DNA of 64,000 nucleotides from an uncultured delta proteobacterium (GTDB taxonomy: Bacteria; Desulfobacterota; Desulfuromonadia; Desulfuromonadales; BM103), in NCBI GenBank assembly GCA_963715335.1, contig CAVQRZ010000022.1, positions 1-64,000 on the forward strand. The letters are read 5' to 3'. Below the pieces are notes generated by a model. The model searched no databases and had not been told where the DNA came from. It saw only the letters and a program-made list of their open reading frames with translations. Position 1 is the first letter of the stretch; each line of letters begins with the position of its first letter. A program made the translations under genes and the position numbers. Of the stretch, positions 37,208 through 46,261 are shown one piece after another.

Positions 37208-37543
37208 ATGAGAAAGTTCTGCGAAAAATACAGAATCTCATGGTTTGTCGGCTTCTGCCTGGCAGGGATTCTCGCAATCGTGGTCTGTAATGTCTGCCTG
37301 CTTTACTTCGGTCATTGCGTGGTCAGCGATTTTCTGCGAATCCCTCCGGTTGGCTGGTTTATCATTGCTGCCAACCTGGTTGCAGGAGCGGTCCTCGCCA
37401 TGATCAGGCAGCGTGGTGGGCAAAGGCCGGGGAATCACTGCTCTGGCTGCGATGTAGAGTTGCGCGAGGGCTGGGTGTACTGCCCGAACTGCGGTGAGGA
37501 TATGCTGTACGGGACTGCATCCAGAGAGGCGCGAGGCGCATAA
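37208..37543 (+). CDS. Two-TM membrane protein with C-terminal zinc ribbon
   Basis: Two hydrophobic helices then CSGC...YCPNCG; 3 nt after the previous stop. Confidence 0.72.
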   Translation: MRKFCEKYRISWFVGFCLAGILAIVVCNVCLLYFGHCVVSDFLRIPPVGWFIIAANLVAGAVLAMIRQRGGQRPGNHCSGCDVELREGWVYCPNCGEDMLYGTASREARGA

Positions 37544-37560
37544 CAAGGGGCACTGGAAAC

Positions 37561-37607
37561 GCGAAGTGCGAAGTGCGAGGTGCGAGGTGCGAGGTGCGAG
37601 GTGCGAA
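37561..37607. repeat. Heptamer tandem repeat GCGA(A/G)GT x6 plus a partial copy
   Basis: gcgaagt gcgaagt gcgaggt gcgaggt gcgaggt gcgaggt gcgaa, between convergent genes. Confidence 0.9.
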
Positions 37608-37685
37608 CAGGCTGAGCAGCAAGCAAGGGGATATGTCCCCAGCTGTTCCCGTGTTCTGTCCGTGCTGACGAGCGTCGTGCATGGT

Positions 37686-38162
37686 TCAGATGATCCCGTC
37701 CAATGGCATCTCGGTGCTCTCCAGAACCGTTTTCAGTGCAAACGACGATTGCACCCGCATCACGCCGGGCAGGCTGGTGAGCTTGTTGTGCACGCGCACA
37801 TAGTCGGCATTATCCCTGGTGATGACTCTCAGTAGATAATCGAAGTCGCCGGCCATCAGGTAGCATTCCATGACTTCTGCGACCTTGTTGATTTCCGCTT
37901 CGAAAGCCAACAGCTTCTCACGTTGCTGTCCGTCCAGCGTCACCCTGACGAACACATTGTCCGGTTTGCCTATCGCGCCCTGATTGATCAGCATCACATA
38001 GCGGTCGATAATGCCGCTTTCCTCGAGCAGTTTGACTCGACGCAGGCAGGCCGATTCCGACAAACCCACTTCTGCAGCCAACTGTACATTTGACAGGCGG
38101 CCGTTCTCCTGTAGCTTTTTTAGAATGGAGCGATCTATGGCGTCGATTTCAATCTTTGGCAT
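37686..38162 (-). CDS. Lrp/AsnC-family transcriptional regulator (AldR-like)
   Basis: IDAIDRSILKKLQENGRLSN..LA..VGLSESACLRRVKLLE; ECYLMAGDFDYLLRV; divergent from ald. Confidence 0.93.
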   Translation of the reverse strand: MPKIEIDAIDRSILKKLQENGRLSNVQLAAEVGLSESACLRRVKLLEESGIIDRYVMLINQGAIGKPDNVFVRVTLDGQQREKLLAFEAEINKVAEVMECYLMAGDFDYLLRVITRDNADYVRVHNKLTSLPGVMRVQSSFALKTVLESTEMPLDGII

Positions 38163-38187
38163 AATCATCCTTGTTTTCCGAGTAAAA

Positions 38188-38202
38188 TAGAATAATCTTC
38201 TA
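38188..38202. promoter_or_regulatory. Putative Lrp-family binding site
   Basis: TAGAATAATCTTCTA matches 13/15 positions of the E. coli Lrp consensus YAGHAWATTWTDCTR; lies in the lrp/ald divergent region. Confidence 0.45.
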
Positions 38203-38306
38203 ATAAGTAAGGGTATTGTTCGCTGTTTGCAAGATAATTTCATGGATTTACTGCTAAACTCTATTCATATCAAGCATCTCAACCGCTAGCACTGAAAGGC
38301 CCCGTC

Positions 38307-39419
38307 ATGATTATCGGCATACTCAAGGAGATCAAGATCGCAGAGAATCGGGTCTGCATGACCCCCGCTGGCGTTGAGGTCATGCGTGAAAATGGACATG
38401 ACATCCTGGTTGAAACTGTGGCAGGTGTGGGCAGTGGCTTCGACGATGCCGCTTACCGTGAAGCCGGTGCTGAAATTGTTGCGACTCCGCAAGAGATTTG
38501 TCGCCGGGCGGGCATGCTCATGCACGTCAAGGAGCCCCAACCTGCTGAATATCCGCTGATCCGCGAGGGCCAGATCGTTTTCACCTACTTCCATTTTGCG
38601 GCATCCAAACAGCTGACCAAGGCAATGATTGACAGCAAGGCGGTCTGTATTGCTTACGAAACAATCGTCGGTAAAGATGGCAGTCTGCCTCTTCTGACCC
38701 CGATGAGTGAAGTGGCCGGGCGGATGGCCGCCCAGGAGGCGGCAAAATATGCTGAACGGACACAGGGCGGGCGCGGCATCCTGCTTGGTGGCGTCCCCGG
38801 CGTGCAACCGGCAACCGTGCTCGTCCTTGGTGGCGGTACGGTTGGGACACATGCCGCTCAGATGGCCTGCGGTCTGGGTGCGACGGTCTACCTGCTTGAT
38901 ACCAGCCTGGAGCGTCTGCGTCACCTCGCCGAGGTGATGCCGAAGAACTGCTTTCCGCTGATGTCCTCGCCGGCCACGGTCCGTGAACTGGTCCAGAAGG
39001 CGGACGTGGTGATTGGTGCGGTCCTTCTGCATGGCGCCAAGGCTCCGAAGCTTGTGACCCGCGAGATGCTGAAAACCATGCAACCCGGCGCTGTCCTGGT
39101 TGATGTCGCCATTGACCAGGGTGGATGTTTTGAAACCTCCCGGCCGACAACCCATAGCGAGCCGATTTTTGAAGTCGACGGTATCGTGCACTATTGTGTT
39201 GCGAATATGCCTGGCGCAGTCCCCCTGACCTCGACGATTGCACTGACGAACGCCACTCTGCCTTATGCTTTGCGGATCGCCAACCAGGGATGGCAGGATG
39301 TTTCACGCAACGATCCGGGGGTCAGGGCGGGGCTGAACGTGGTGAGTGGCAAGGTGACCTACGCCGGTGTTGCTGAAGCGTTCGACCTTGAGCACACTCC
39401 GGTTGAGAAAGTTTTGTGA
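38307..39419 (+). CDS. ald: Alanine dehydrogenase
   Basis: KEIKIAENRV, VKEP, PMSEVAGRMA, GGGTVG, DVAIDQGGCFETS, YCVANMPGAVP. Confidence 0.97.
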   Translation: MIIGILKEIKIAENRVCMTPAGVEVMRENGHDILVETVAGVGSGFDDAAYREAGAEIVATPQEICRRAGMLMHVKEPQPAEYPLIREGQIVFTYFHFAASKQLTKAMIDSKAVCIAYETIVGKDGSLPLLTPMSEVAGRMAAQEAAKYAERTQGGRGILLGGVPGVQPATVLVLGGGTVGTHAAQMACGLGATVYLLDTSLERLRHLAEVMPKNCFPLMSSPATVRELVQKADVVIGAVLLHGAKAPKLVTREMLKTMQPGAVLVDVAIDQGGCFETSRPTTHSEPIFEVDGIVHYCVANMPGAVPLTSTIALTNATLPYALRIANQGWQDVSRNDPGVRAGLNVVSGKVTYAGVAEAFDLEHTPVEKVL

Positions 39420-39525
39420 TTGGCTCTGTTGTAATACTTTATTGATTTTTCCACTTCGTAACACGCAAGATAAGCAAGGACAAGATCTTCTTAATTATTG
39501 ATAGAGACATTTAAGACGACAGAAC

Positions 39526-39560
39526 AATGGCCACCGGGATCAATTCCGAGTGGCCATTTT
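39526..39560 (+). terminator. Putative terminator after ald
   Basis: AATGGCCAC...GTGGCCATTTT stem-loop. Confidence 0.6.
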
Positions 39561-39630
39561 CTTATAGGTCAGGATATTGAGGGCATCTTTTACGATTTTG
39601 CGATCTTGATCCACCGTTAATGTCCTTAAG

Positions 39631-39668
39631 CAAACAAGCCCCGCTTCGTAAGAAGCGGGGCTTGTTTG
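39631..39668 (-). terminator. Terminator of the porin-cytochrome operon (possibly bidirectional)
   Basis: CAAACAAGCCCCGCTTC-gtaa-GAAGCGGGGCTTGTTTG perfect inverted repeat. Confidence 0.8.
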
Positions 39669-39695
39669 TTCAGTTGATCAAAGATCTCTATGAGA

Positions 39696-42251
39696 TTAGA
39701 ACCAGGGGCCCTCAGTGCCGGAACCACCATGGCAGCTTACATTGCTGCACATTTTGGTCGTCGGGTTGTAGGTACCAGCCCCGTTGAACACGACGTTGGC
39801 TGGTTCTGTGTTGTCGTAATGGCCGATTGTGCCCGCACCGAAACCGTTGTGACATTCTATGCAAGGTTCCCGGTGGCGGCCCTCTCCGTGCCGACCTTGT
39901 CGGTTCGGTCTGACGTTGCCGACAAGTGAAGCGCTGTTCGGAGGACTAGAATGGCAGGAAACGCATCCAGACGAATTGGCCACCGGGTCCACATTATGGC
40001 AACTGGTGCAAGCCGGTCCGCTGCCACCCTCATAAGCCGCGCCGTGGCAGAGCGTACACATGTCAAATGAAGCAGTGCTTGAATGGTTGTATGTTGAAGT
40101 GTTATACCAGGTGGCTGGATGTGCCAAATTAACGCCATGACAAGTTTCACAACCGTTGCCGCCAATGCCTACATTGAAACGCGGATTGGTCCCCGGGCCC
40201 CCAGCCTCGGCGTGACAAGGCTGGCAGTCGAGCATGCCGTTGGGGAATGCTGCTGTTTGCGCTTTGGCCGCAGGTCCGTGATTTGCTGGTAATGTAAAGG
40301 TGCCATCCGTTGCGTGTGGAACTGTGCCACCGCCGCCCCCGAAGTCCTTAAGATTCACTGTCAGACCGGAGTCACTCAGTTGATGCGCAGGATTATTGAG
40401 ATGACATCCAGCGGCATCGCAGCCAAAGTTGGTCTCATTGTATTGGGGTGCGGAATTCATTTCGATATTGCCGTTCCAATGATCACCATTCGAGTTCGTG
40501 GCCCTGTCAAAGGAAGTGTAGTTGGTGGTTGTCTCGAAGGTGCCGCCGCTTGCGGTTTGTTTCATGCCGTGACAGACCGTGCAGGTGTCATGCAGGCTGA
40601 TATTGGCAACAGTGCGGTGGTCAACCGGAGTGGGGATATCTGAAATCTCTGTTGAACCGATGGGTGGGTAGCCATGGCAGGCGATGCAGTTCAGTGTGAA
40701 GTTTGCCGTTTCTGCATGGCAGCTCGTACAAGCGACCCCGACACCCACACCATCCAGATTCACACCGTGGCAAAGTGTACAGGCGTTCTGAACATTCCCG
40801 GCCTGATAATGGAAGGTATTATTCGGGCCGGCCCAGCTTTGTGGATGCGCCAGATTGACACCATGACAGGTTTCACAACCGTTGCCGCCAATACCTACAT
40901 TGAAACGCGGATTGCTGCCCGGACCACCGGTTTCGGCATGACAGGGCTGACAGACAGTCAGGTCCGTTCTGGCATCGGGACCATGCAGACTGGGACTGCT
41001 ATAGGTCCCATCAACCGGATGTGGAACTGTAATACCCGATCCGAAATTTTTCAGGTTCACTGTTAACCCAGAATCAGAAAGTTGGTGGGCCGTGTCGTTA
41101 CCGTGACATCCAGCGGCATCGCAGCCAAAATTAGTTTCATTGTACTGGGTACTCAAGTTCATCTCGATATTACCGTTCCAATGATCACCGTTGGTATCCG
41201 TGGCCTTGTCAAACAGAGTGTAGTTGGTAGCTGCCAAGAAGCCACCGCCGGCAGCAGTTTCCTTCATACCGTGACATGCCACGCAGGTGTCATGAAGGCT
41301 GATATTGGCGGCATTGCCGTGGGGAACCGGAATGGGCACATCAAGATCTACCGAACCGTCCGGTGGTGAACCGTGACAAGCAACACAGTCGAGGGTCAAA
41401 CTCACCGCATCGGCATGACAGTTGAGACAATTCGGACCGACACCACCGACGCCATCCAGATTCACTCCATGACAGAGTGTACAGGAATTCTGAATGTTCC
41501 CGGCGCTGTAATGAAAAGTGTTGTTAGGTCCAGCCCAGTTCTGCGGATGCGCCAAATTGGCACCATGACAGGTTTCGCAACCGTTGCCGCCAATGCCAAC
41601 ATTGAAACGAGGATTGGAGCCGGGACCGCCTGATTGGCCATGACAGGCCTGGCAGGAGGTCAGGTCCGCTTTGGCGTCAGGGCCGTGTGCGCTGCCACTG
41701 CGATACGTGCCATCAACGGGATGTGGTGCTCCGGGGCCACCAGCGTGACAACCGCGACCGTCAAAGCTCTCCGAGGAACAGCTCGGCGCTGTTTGGTAGC
41801 CCTGCAGATCTTGTCCGTGACATTCTTGACAGGAATCAGACGAGTTCGCCGTAACATAACTACCGTGATTGGTATATGGATCCGTCCATGTTGAAGGGTG
41901 AGTCGAAAATGGTGGGACCGGATTGTAGGAGTGGCAACTGTAGCAGCTGACGGCATCTCCGCTGCCGCGCAAATCAGGTCCGTGACATTTGGTGCAATCC
42001 TCATATGCCAGGCTTGCAAACGCCGGTGTCGGGGTGACAAGCATGTCAACCACATGAGCAAACGTGGCAACTGGATCTTCACGTAATGACGCGGGGCTGC
42101 CATCCGCTATTGCAATGGCCGCCGCAGCATGGCTGGAAAACCAACCATCGGGATGTGCGTTCGTATCAGAGGGAGAATCCGAGCCACCGCTGGAACAAGC
42201 ATTGAGTAATACAACCGAAGCCAGTAAGACCAAATATACCAGTTTACGCAT
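39696..42251 (-). CDS. Large multiheme c-type cytochrome lipoprotein (21 CxxCH + 3 CxxxxCH + 1 CX9CH)
   Basis: Lipobox LLNAC; motifs counted by hand; three internal repeat modules; AGGAGG RBS before MRKLVY. Confidence 0.93.
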   Translation of the reverse strand: MRKLVYLVLLASVVLLNACSSGGSDSPSDTNAHPDGWFSSHAAAAIAIADGSPASLREDPVATFAHVVDMLVTPTPAFASLAYEDCTKCHGPDLRGSGDAVSCYSCHSYNPVPPFSTHPSTWTDPYTNHGSYVTANSSDSCQECHGQDLQGYQTAPSCSSESFDGRGCHAGGPGAPHPVDGTYRSGSAHGPDAKADLTSCQACHGQSGGPGSNPRFNVGIGGNGCETCHGANLAHPQNWAGPNNTFHYSAGNIQNSCTLCHGVNLDGVGGVGPNCLNCHADAVSLTLDCVACHGSPPDGSVDLDVPIPVPHGNAANISLHDTCVACHGMKETAAGGGFLAATNYTLFDKATDTNGDHWNGNIEMNLSTQYNETNFGCDAAGCHGNDTAHQLSDSGLTVNLKNFGSGITVPHPVDGTYSSPSLHGPDARTDLTVCQPCHAETGGPGSNPRFNVGIGGNGCETCHGVNLAHPQSWAGPNNTFHYQAGNVQNACTLCHGVNLDGVGVGVACTSCHAETANFTLNCIACHGYPPIGSTEISDIPTPVDHRTVANISLHDTCTVCHGMKQTASGGTFETTTNYTSFDRATNSNGDHWNGNIEMNSAPQYNETNFGCDAAGCHLNNPAHQLSDSGLTVNLKDFGGGGGTVPHATDGTFTLPANHGPAAKAQTAAFPNGMLDCQPCHAEAGGPGTNPRFNVGIGGNGCETCHGVNLAHPATWYNTSTYNHSSTASFDMCTLCHGAAYEGGSGPACTSCHNVDPVANSSGCVSCHSSPPNSASLVGNVRPNRQGRHGEGRHREPCIECHNGFGAGTIGHYDNTEPANVVFNGAGTYNPTTKMCSNVSCHGGSGTEGPWF

Positions 42252-42277
42252 GGAGTCCTCCTTATAAATGTTAATCT

Positions 42278-42748
42278 CTAACCGTGACATTTCGCACAGG
42301 TCTTAGCCGACTTCGGGTTGCCGTGACAGCGGAAACAGGACGTCGGATCGACCCGACCATCGATGCGATGGCGACTGAGGTAGTCACCACGGTGCGGCAT
42401 AGTGCGATAGGTGTCGGACTGGTTCTTCAGCGATGGTTTCAGTTCCACCCGGGTCGCGTGGCAGTCGTTGCAAAAACTGGTCTGGTGGCACATGGCACAG
42501 ATCGCTTCACCCTGGGTCGCCTCAGGACGATGGCTCTTGCCGAAGTCCGCGGTGTGCACATAACGTTCGTAGTGCAACGCTTCGCCGCGTTCGTGGCATT
42601 CGAGACAATTCTTCGGCAGAGTTTCGAGTTCGGCCGCCGTAGGATGCTTGGCTAACCGTGTCGTACTGCTCTGCAGACTGGCACAGGCCGCCACCAGCAG
42701 CACGACTGCCAGCAAGGTTAGAATCGAGAGTAAGCTCTTGTTCACCAT
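42278..42748 (-). CDS. Pentaheme cytochrome c lipoprotein (ExtC/ExtF-like)
   Basis: Lipobox VAAC; CLECH, CAMCH, CNDCH, CFRCH, CAKCH. Confidence 0.92.
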   Translation of the reverse strand: MVNKSLLSILTLLAVVLLVAACASLQSSTTRLAKHPTAAELETLPKNCLECHERGEALHYERYVHTADFGKSHRPEATQGEAICAMCHQTSFCNDCHATRVELKPSLKNQSDTYRTMPHRGDYLSRHRIDGRVDPTSCFRCHGNPKSAKTCAKCHG

Positions 42749-42784
42749 GGTATATATCTCCTGTCAGAACCGAAAAACCGCTAT

Positions 42785-44068
42785 TTATTTATCGTAGGCG
42801 TAAGACATGGTCAACATGCCGCGCAGATCGTCATCGAAATACGGGTCTTGACTGTAGTCACCCGACAGCGTAATCGACAGGGCGTCGTCCATGAAGCGTT
42901 TGCCACCAGCGAGAGACACGAACAGGGAACTATCCTCACCGTAAATATCTTCATCGTAGTAGGCCAGAAGCATGTCAGCGCTGAAGAAATCGAGCCAGAA
43001 CCGATCGGCCAGCGCATCGCAGTAGCCATACAGTCGCACCAGGGTGTAATCATTGCCGGCCGTATCGTCAGCAGCCGTATGGCCGATTTCGACCCCGTAC
43101 TGTGTCAGGTTGTCGCCCTGCCAACCGAGTAAAACGCTGTACATCTGGGCCTTGTCTTGTTGGTCGTAATCAAAAAACTTGGCTTTGCCGCCAAGGGTCC
43201 ATGCTTCATCGAGCCGCCACAAGGCATCGAGACCGTAGGCTGTCATCTCCTCGTCAAACTGGGACAGAAAGCTGAACGGGTTGACGGCATTGGCGCCGAT
43301 ATCGAAATAATCCTCGTAGGAAAAATGTTGGTAATAGGGTTTAAAGAGAACATTGCCGACCGGGATGCGCAGCTCATAGGAATGCTCTGCCCAGCCCTCC
43401 GTCTCTTGGTTGTATTTGGAGAAGCCGTACAGGCTTAAGTTTGCAGGCAGGAACACCGACATATCGACGCCGAGCATCTCTTCGGTGGTGTCGCTATCAT
43501 TTTCAATTGATTTGTAGGAAACGCCAACTTCGTAATGTGCGCCTAAGTGGTGAGCCAGACGCCCGCCGAAGATGCTGTCGCCGCTGCGACCCTGCTCCGA
43601 ATCAAGCGCTCCCGGCTGTCCGCCATAGAGAGAAACATCGAAATAGTCGCCCAGGGCACTGCCCAGGTAAAGGCCGTCGACAGCATCGTTCGCCACGCCC
43701 TCAAAGACCTGAAAACGGCCGAGCTTGGCATTCAAGCTGTTGGCTTCCTGGCGATACTCCAGGTAGCCGTACAGAAGTTCTCCTGCTGTCTGGTCCTCAT
43801 AATAGTCGTTGTCGGCGAAGTCGGCCCGCCCCCAACCATAGAGGTGAAAGGAGAGCCCGTAGTCCTCCAGTTGGCCGGCGTCGATCTGGAGGTATTCGTA
43901 GCCCGGCAGAACCGTTGCATCTTCCTCGCTTGAGGTATCCCGCTCGAAAAGTCTAAAAATGGTGTCGGATTTGATTTGAACTTCTGCACCTAAAGTACAG
44001 ACTGGGGAAAGCAACAAAATTAGAACGAAAGCAAAGCATAACCCGTGACAGAAGACGAAACTTCGCAT
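42785..44068 (-). CDS. Outer-membrane beta-barrel (porin) of a porin-cytochrome conduit
   Basis: Signal peptide, alternating aromatic beta-strand pattern, acidic loops, directly upstream of two cytochromes; GGAGGT RBS before MRSFVF. Confidence 0.82.
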   Translation of the reverse strand: MRSFVFCHGLCFAFVLILLLSPVCTLGAEVQIKSDTIFRLFERDTSSEEDATVLPGYEYLQIDAGQLEDYGLSFHLYGWGRADFADNDYYEDQTAGELLYGYLEYRQEANSLNAKLGRFQVFEGVANDAVDGLYLGSALGDYFDVSLYGGQPGALDSEQGRSGDSIFGGRLAHHLGAHYEVGVSYKSIENDSDTTEEMLGVDMSVFLPANLSLYGFSKYNQETEGWAEHSYELRIPVGNVLFKPYYQHFSYEDYFDIGANAVNPFSFLSQFDEEMTAYGLDALWRLDEAWTLGGKAKFFDYDQQDKAQMYSVLLGWQGDNLTQYGVEIGHTAADDTAGNDYTLVRLYGYCDALADRFWLDFFSADMLLAYYDEDIYGEDSSLFVSLAGGKRFMDDALSITLSGDYSQDPYFDDDLRGMLTMSYAYDK

Positions 44069-44442
44069 ATAACCTCCCAAAGATGCTTTTCAACCTCACA
44101 AAACCTATATATCAGTGAGCAACCACTGGCTCACGCCCGTGACGTCATAACCGGCAAGTATCGCATGCCCGCTGGCGTCTTGAGCAGCGGGGACCTCCAT
44201 CTACAAGCCTGCGCATGTGGTATTAACGATGCAAGAATAAATGCAAAGTGACAAATATGCTAAATCATATGTAACTTTTGGCGTTTGCTCCACATTTATG
44301 CCTAAAACATTGATAAATCAGTAACTAATTTCTGTGGCATATCTAATACCAAATCCTGTACCACCGCGCTGATTATTAGAAGATTATTAGAAAAAAATAC
44401 AGCTTCTAGGCTAATTGACATCTACCAATAGTTTCAAGAATT

Positions 44443-44459
44443 AGCATGGTATATGCCAA
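44443..44459 (-). promoter_or_regulatory. Putative sigma54 (-24/-12) promoter upstream of the porin-cytochrome operon
   Basis: TTGGCATATACCATGCT: GG-N10-GC spacing with TGGCAY; about 370 nt from the start codon. Confidence 0.45.
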
Positions 44460-44777
44460 ACGACGTTAGAAAAAATTATAGTTTTCCACATTGCAATCAT
44501 AAGGGACTGAAATCTAATTGATATTTACTCTGCTATAAAGTCAGTTTTGTATTAAATAGGTAGGCAGTTGGTATATATGATGGATTAAAATATAAGAGAA
44601 TTGTCGTTATTCTATAGATGAGAGTGTGTGTTTTTAACTACAGTCAATATAATCCTTGCACTCATATTCGTTCGGCACACAGGGTCGTGCTCAACTCGAA
44701 AAAAAGGTGCAGATGTCTTTCCAGAGGATGATTTCTAAGCCTAAAGAAGATTATTCAATAAATATCTGTTTGGGCAT

Positions 44778-45779
44778 TTAAAAAGTGTGTTTCAGGCTGA
44801 GGTGAAATGCGATATCTGGAGAAACATCGACATTGAGGTCTTCACTGAAAGCAAGATCTAATATTGTTTTTTCTGTTAACGCGAAAGATCCTCCCAGTGT
44901 CATTATTAGCGCCGGATCGCCCAGTTCCTTTAAATGGCTGTCATAGAGTGCAGAATGACTATCGAATTGAATTTTCAAGCCAAGCCAATGGTAGGGACTC
45001 CACCCACCTCCAAGCCAACCATTTGCCACCCAATGATTGACTCTGTCTTCTAAAACCTCACCACTCCCTAAGTAATTTCCAGCAATCCCGGCCCATACAG
45101 AATAGCTTCCTGATGAGAGGCTGTCTGCATATTGTGTCATCAGCGAAAAAGATGTATCCCAAGCCTCACTGCCTGTGAGCTTTTCAGCATTACCAGTTGG
45201 CGCTTTAACTGAAAATTGCATTGCATAAGAGGCCTTTTTTCCGGAAAACAGTTCATAAACAAGGTTTGCTCTGAGATCACCAAAGCCACCATCCTCGCTG
45301 TTAACATTGAACCCCTCTTTTCCATCCTTGCCGAAGTAGTTCAATTGATCATCTGGAAACTTGTCGCGGTCGCCGTTGGGCAGGCCAAAAAAATCATGCC
45401 AGTCGGAAATAAAACTATCCAAAAAACCGTTAGCATGCTGAATGTAAGGAATATCTATCCCGGCCTGCAGTCGCTCTGACAAACCATATCGAATGCTGAG
45501 TGTCCCGATGTAAGTTTCTCCATCGAGAATGATGGCTTCATTCAAGCTCTGATTGGATGTGGCATTATTGACCAGATCAAAGGAGACCTGAGCCATCTTT
45601 GCTCCAGAAGAAAGAACGTTAGATGATTCCGCTATGGCCAGACCATGCACAAGGGCTGTTGGTGAAAGATTTCGAACTGAAAATGGTGTCAGTTCGACTG
45701 CATGGCCGATCTTTAAGAGGCAGAAGATAATGATGAATGTCAAACCAGAGATTTTAAATGTAGTCTGCATGGCAAGCAA
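44778..45779 (-). CDS. DUF3187-like outer-membrane beta-barrel protein
   Basis: Signal peptide, PFSVRNLSP, GFLDSFISDWHDFFGLPNGDR, terminal Phe. Confidence 0.75.
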   Translation of the reverse strand: MLAMQTTFKISGLTFIIIFCLLKIGHAVELTPFSVRNLSPTALVHGLAIAESSNVLSSGAKMAQVSFDLVNNATSNQSLNEAIILDGETYIGTLSIRYGLSERLQAGIDIPYIQHANGFLDSFISDWHDFFGLPNGDRDKFPDDQLNYFGKDGKEGFNVNSEDGGFGDLRANLVYELFSGKKASYAMQFSVKAPTGNAEKLTGSEAWDTSFSLMTQYADSLSSGSYSVWAGIAGNYLGSGEVLEDRVNHWVANGWLGGGWSPYHWLGLKIQFDSHSALYDSHLKELGDPALIMTLGGSFALTEKTILDLAFSEDLNVDVSPDIAFHLSLKHTF

Positions 45780-46207
45780 AAGTCCCGCTATGTAGTTAAT
45801 ATTTCAGTTCTTACCCGCCCCATATTAATGATATTTTGTTGTTATTTTGCAAGATTTTAATTTAGTTATTTAGTTAAAAACTTCACCCTGAGGCGGGCCT
45901 GTCTCATACCATGGAAGCCTTCAACCTTCGCATCGAAGGCTTTTCTCGTAAGCCACGACTGACGAGACGAAAACAAGCGTCTTATTGATAGAGGTATTCA
46001 GTAAGCCAAATTTATGGCCACCAGGGCTCGATCCTTGGTGCCTTTTTATTTATCAGGGTCAGTAATAATTCCGCATTTCTGCCAATCTGAGCACCCCCAA
46101 ACAATGCATAGCATATTTAAGACAATCATCGGCTCGTGCGGAGGACATCAAAAGTCCGGTCCAGGGTGAATGATTGGGGAAGAAGTGGAGGCAGAATTAT
46201 GGGAATG

Positions 46208-46235
46208 AAAAAGCCCCAACCGAGATGGCTGGGGC
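46208..46235 (-). terminator. Terminator after the monoheme cytochrome gene
   Basis: GCCCCA/TGGGGC stem with T5 on the minus strand. Confidence 0.6.
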
Positions 46236-46261
46236 CTTTGGATCAAGCTGTAGTCAAAAGT

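Noticed and set aside
37561..37607. Possible CRISPR array
   Set aside because: 7-bp tandem units without spacers; no cas genes in the window
37404..37682. ORFs with PRTSHLA repeats
   Set aside because: Translation artefacts of the heptamer microsatellite
44080..44780. GEMM-I (c-di-GMP/cGAMP) riboswitch upstream of the conduit operon
   Set aside because: No GGYAAAC / GAAA / GCAAA pattern found on the coding strand by eye
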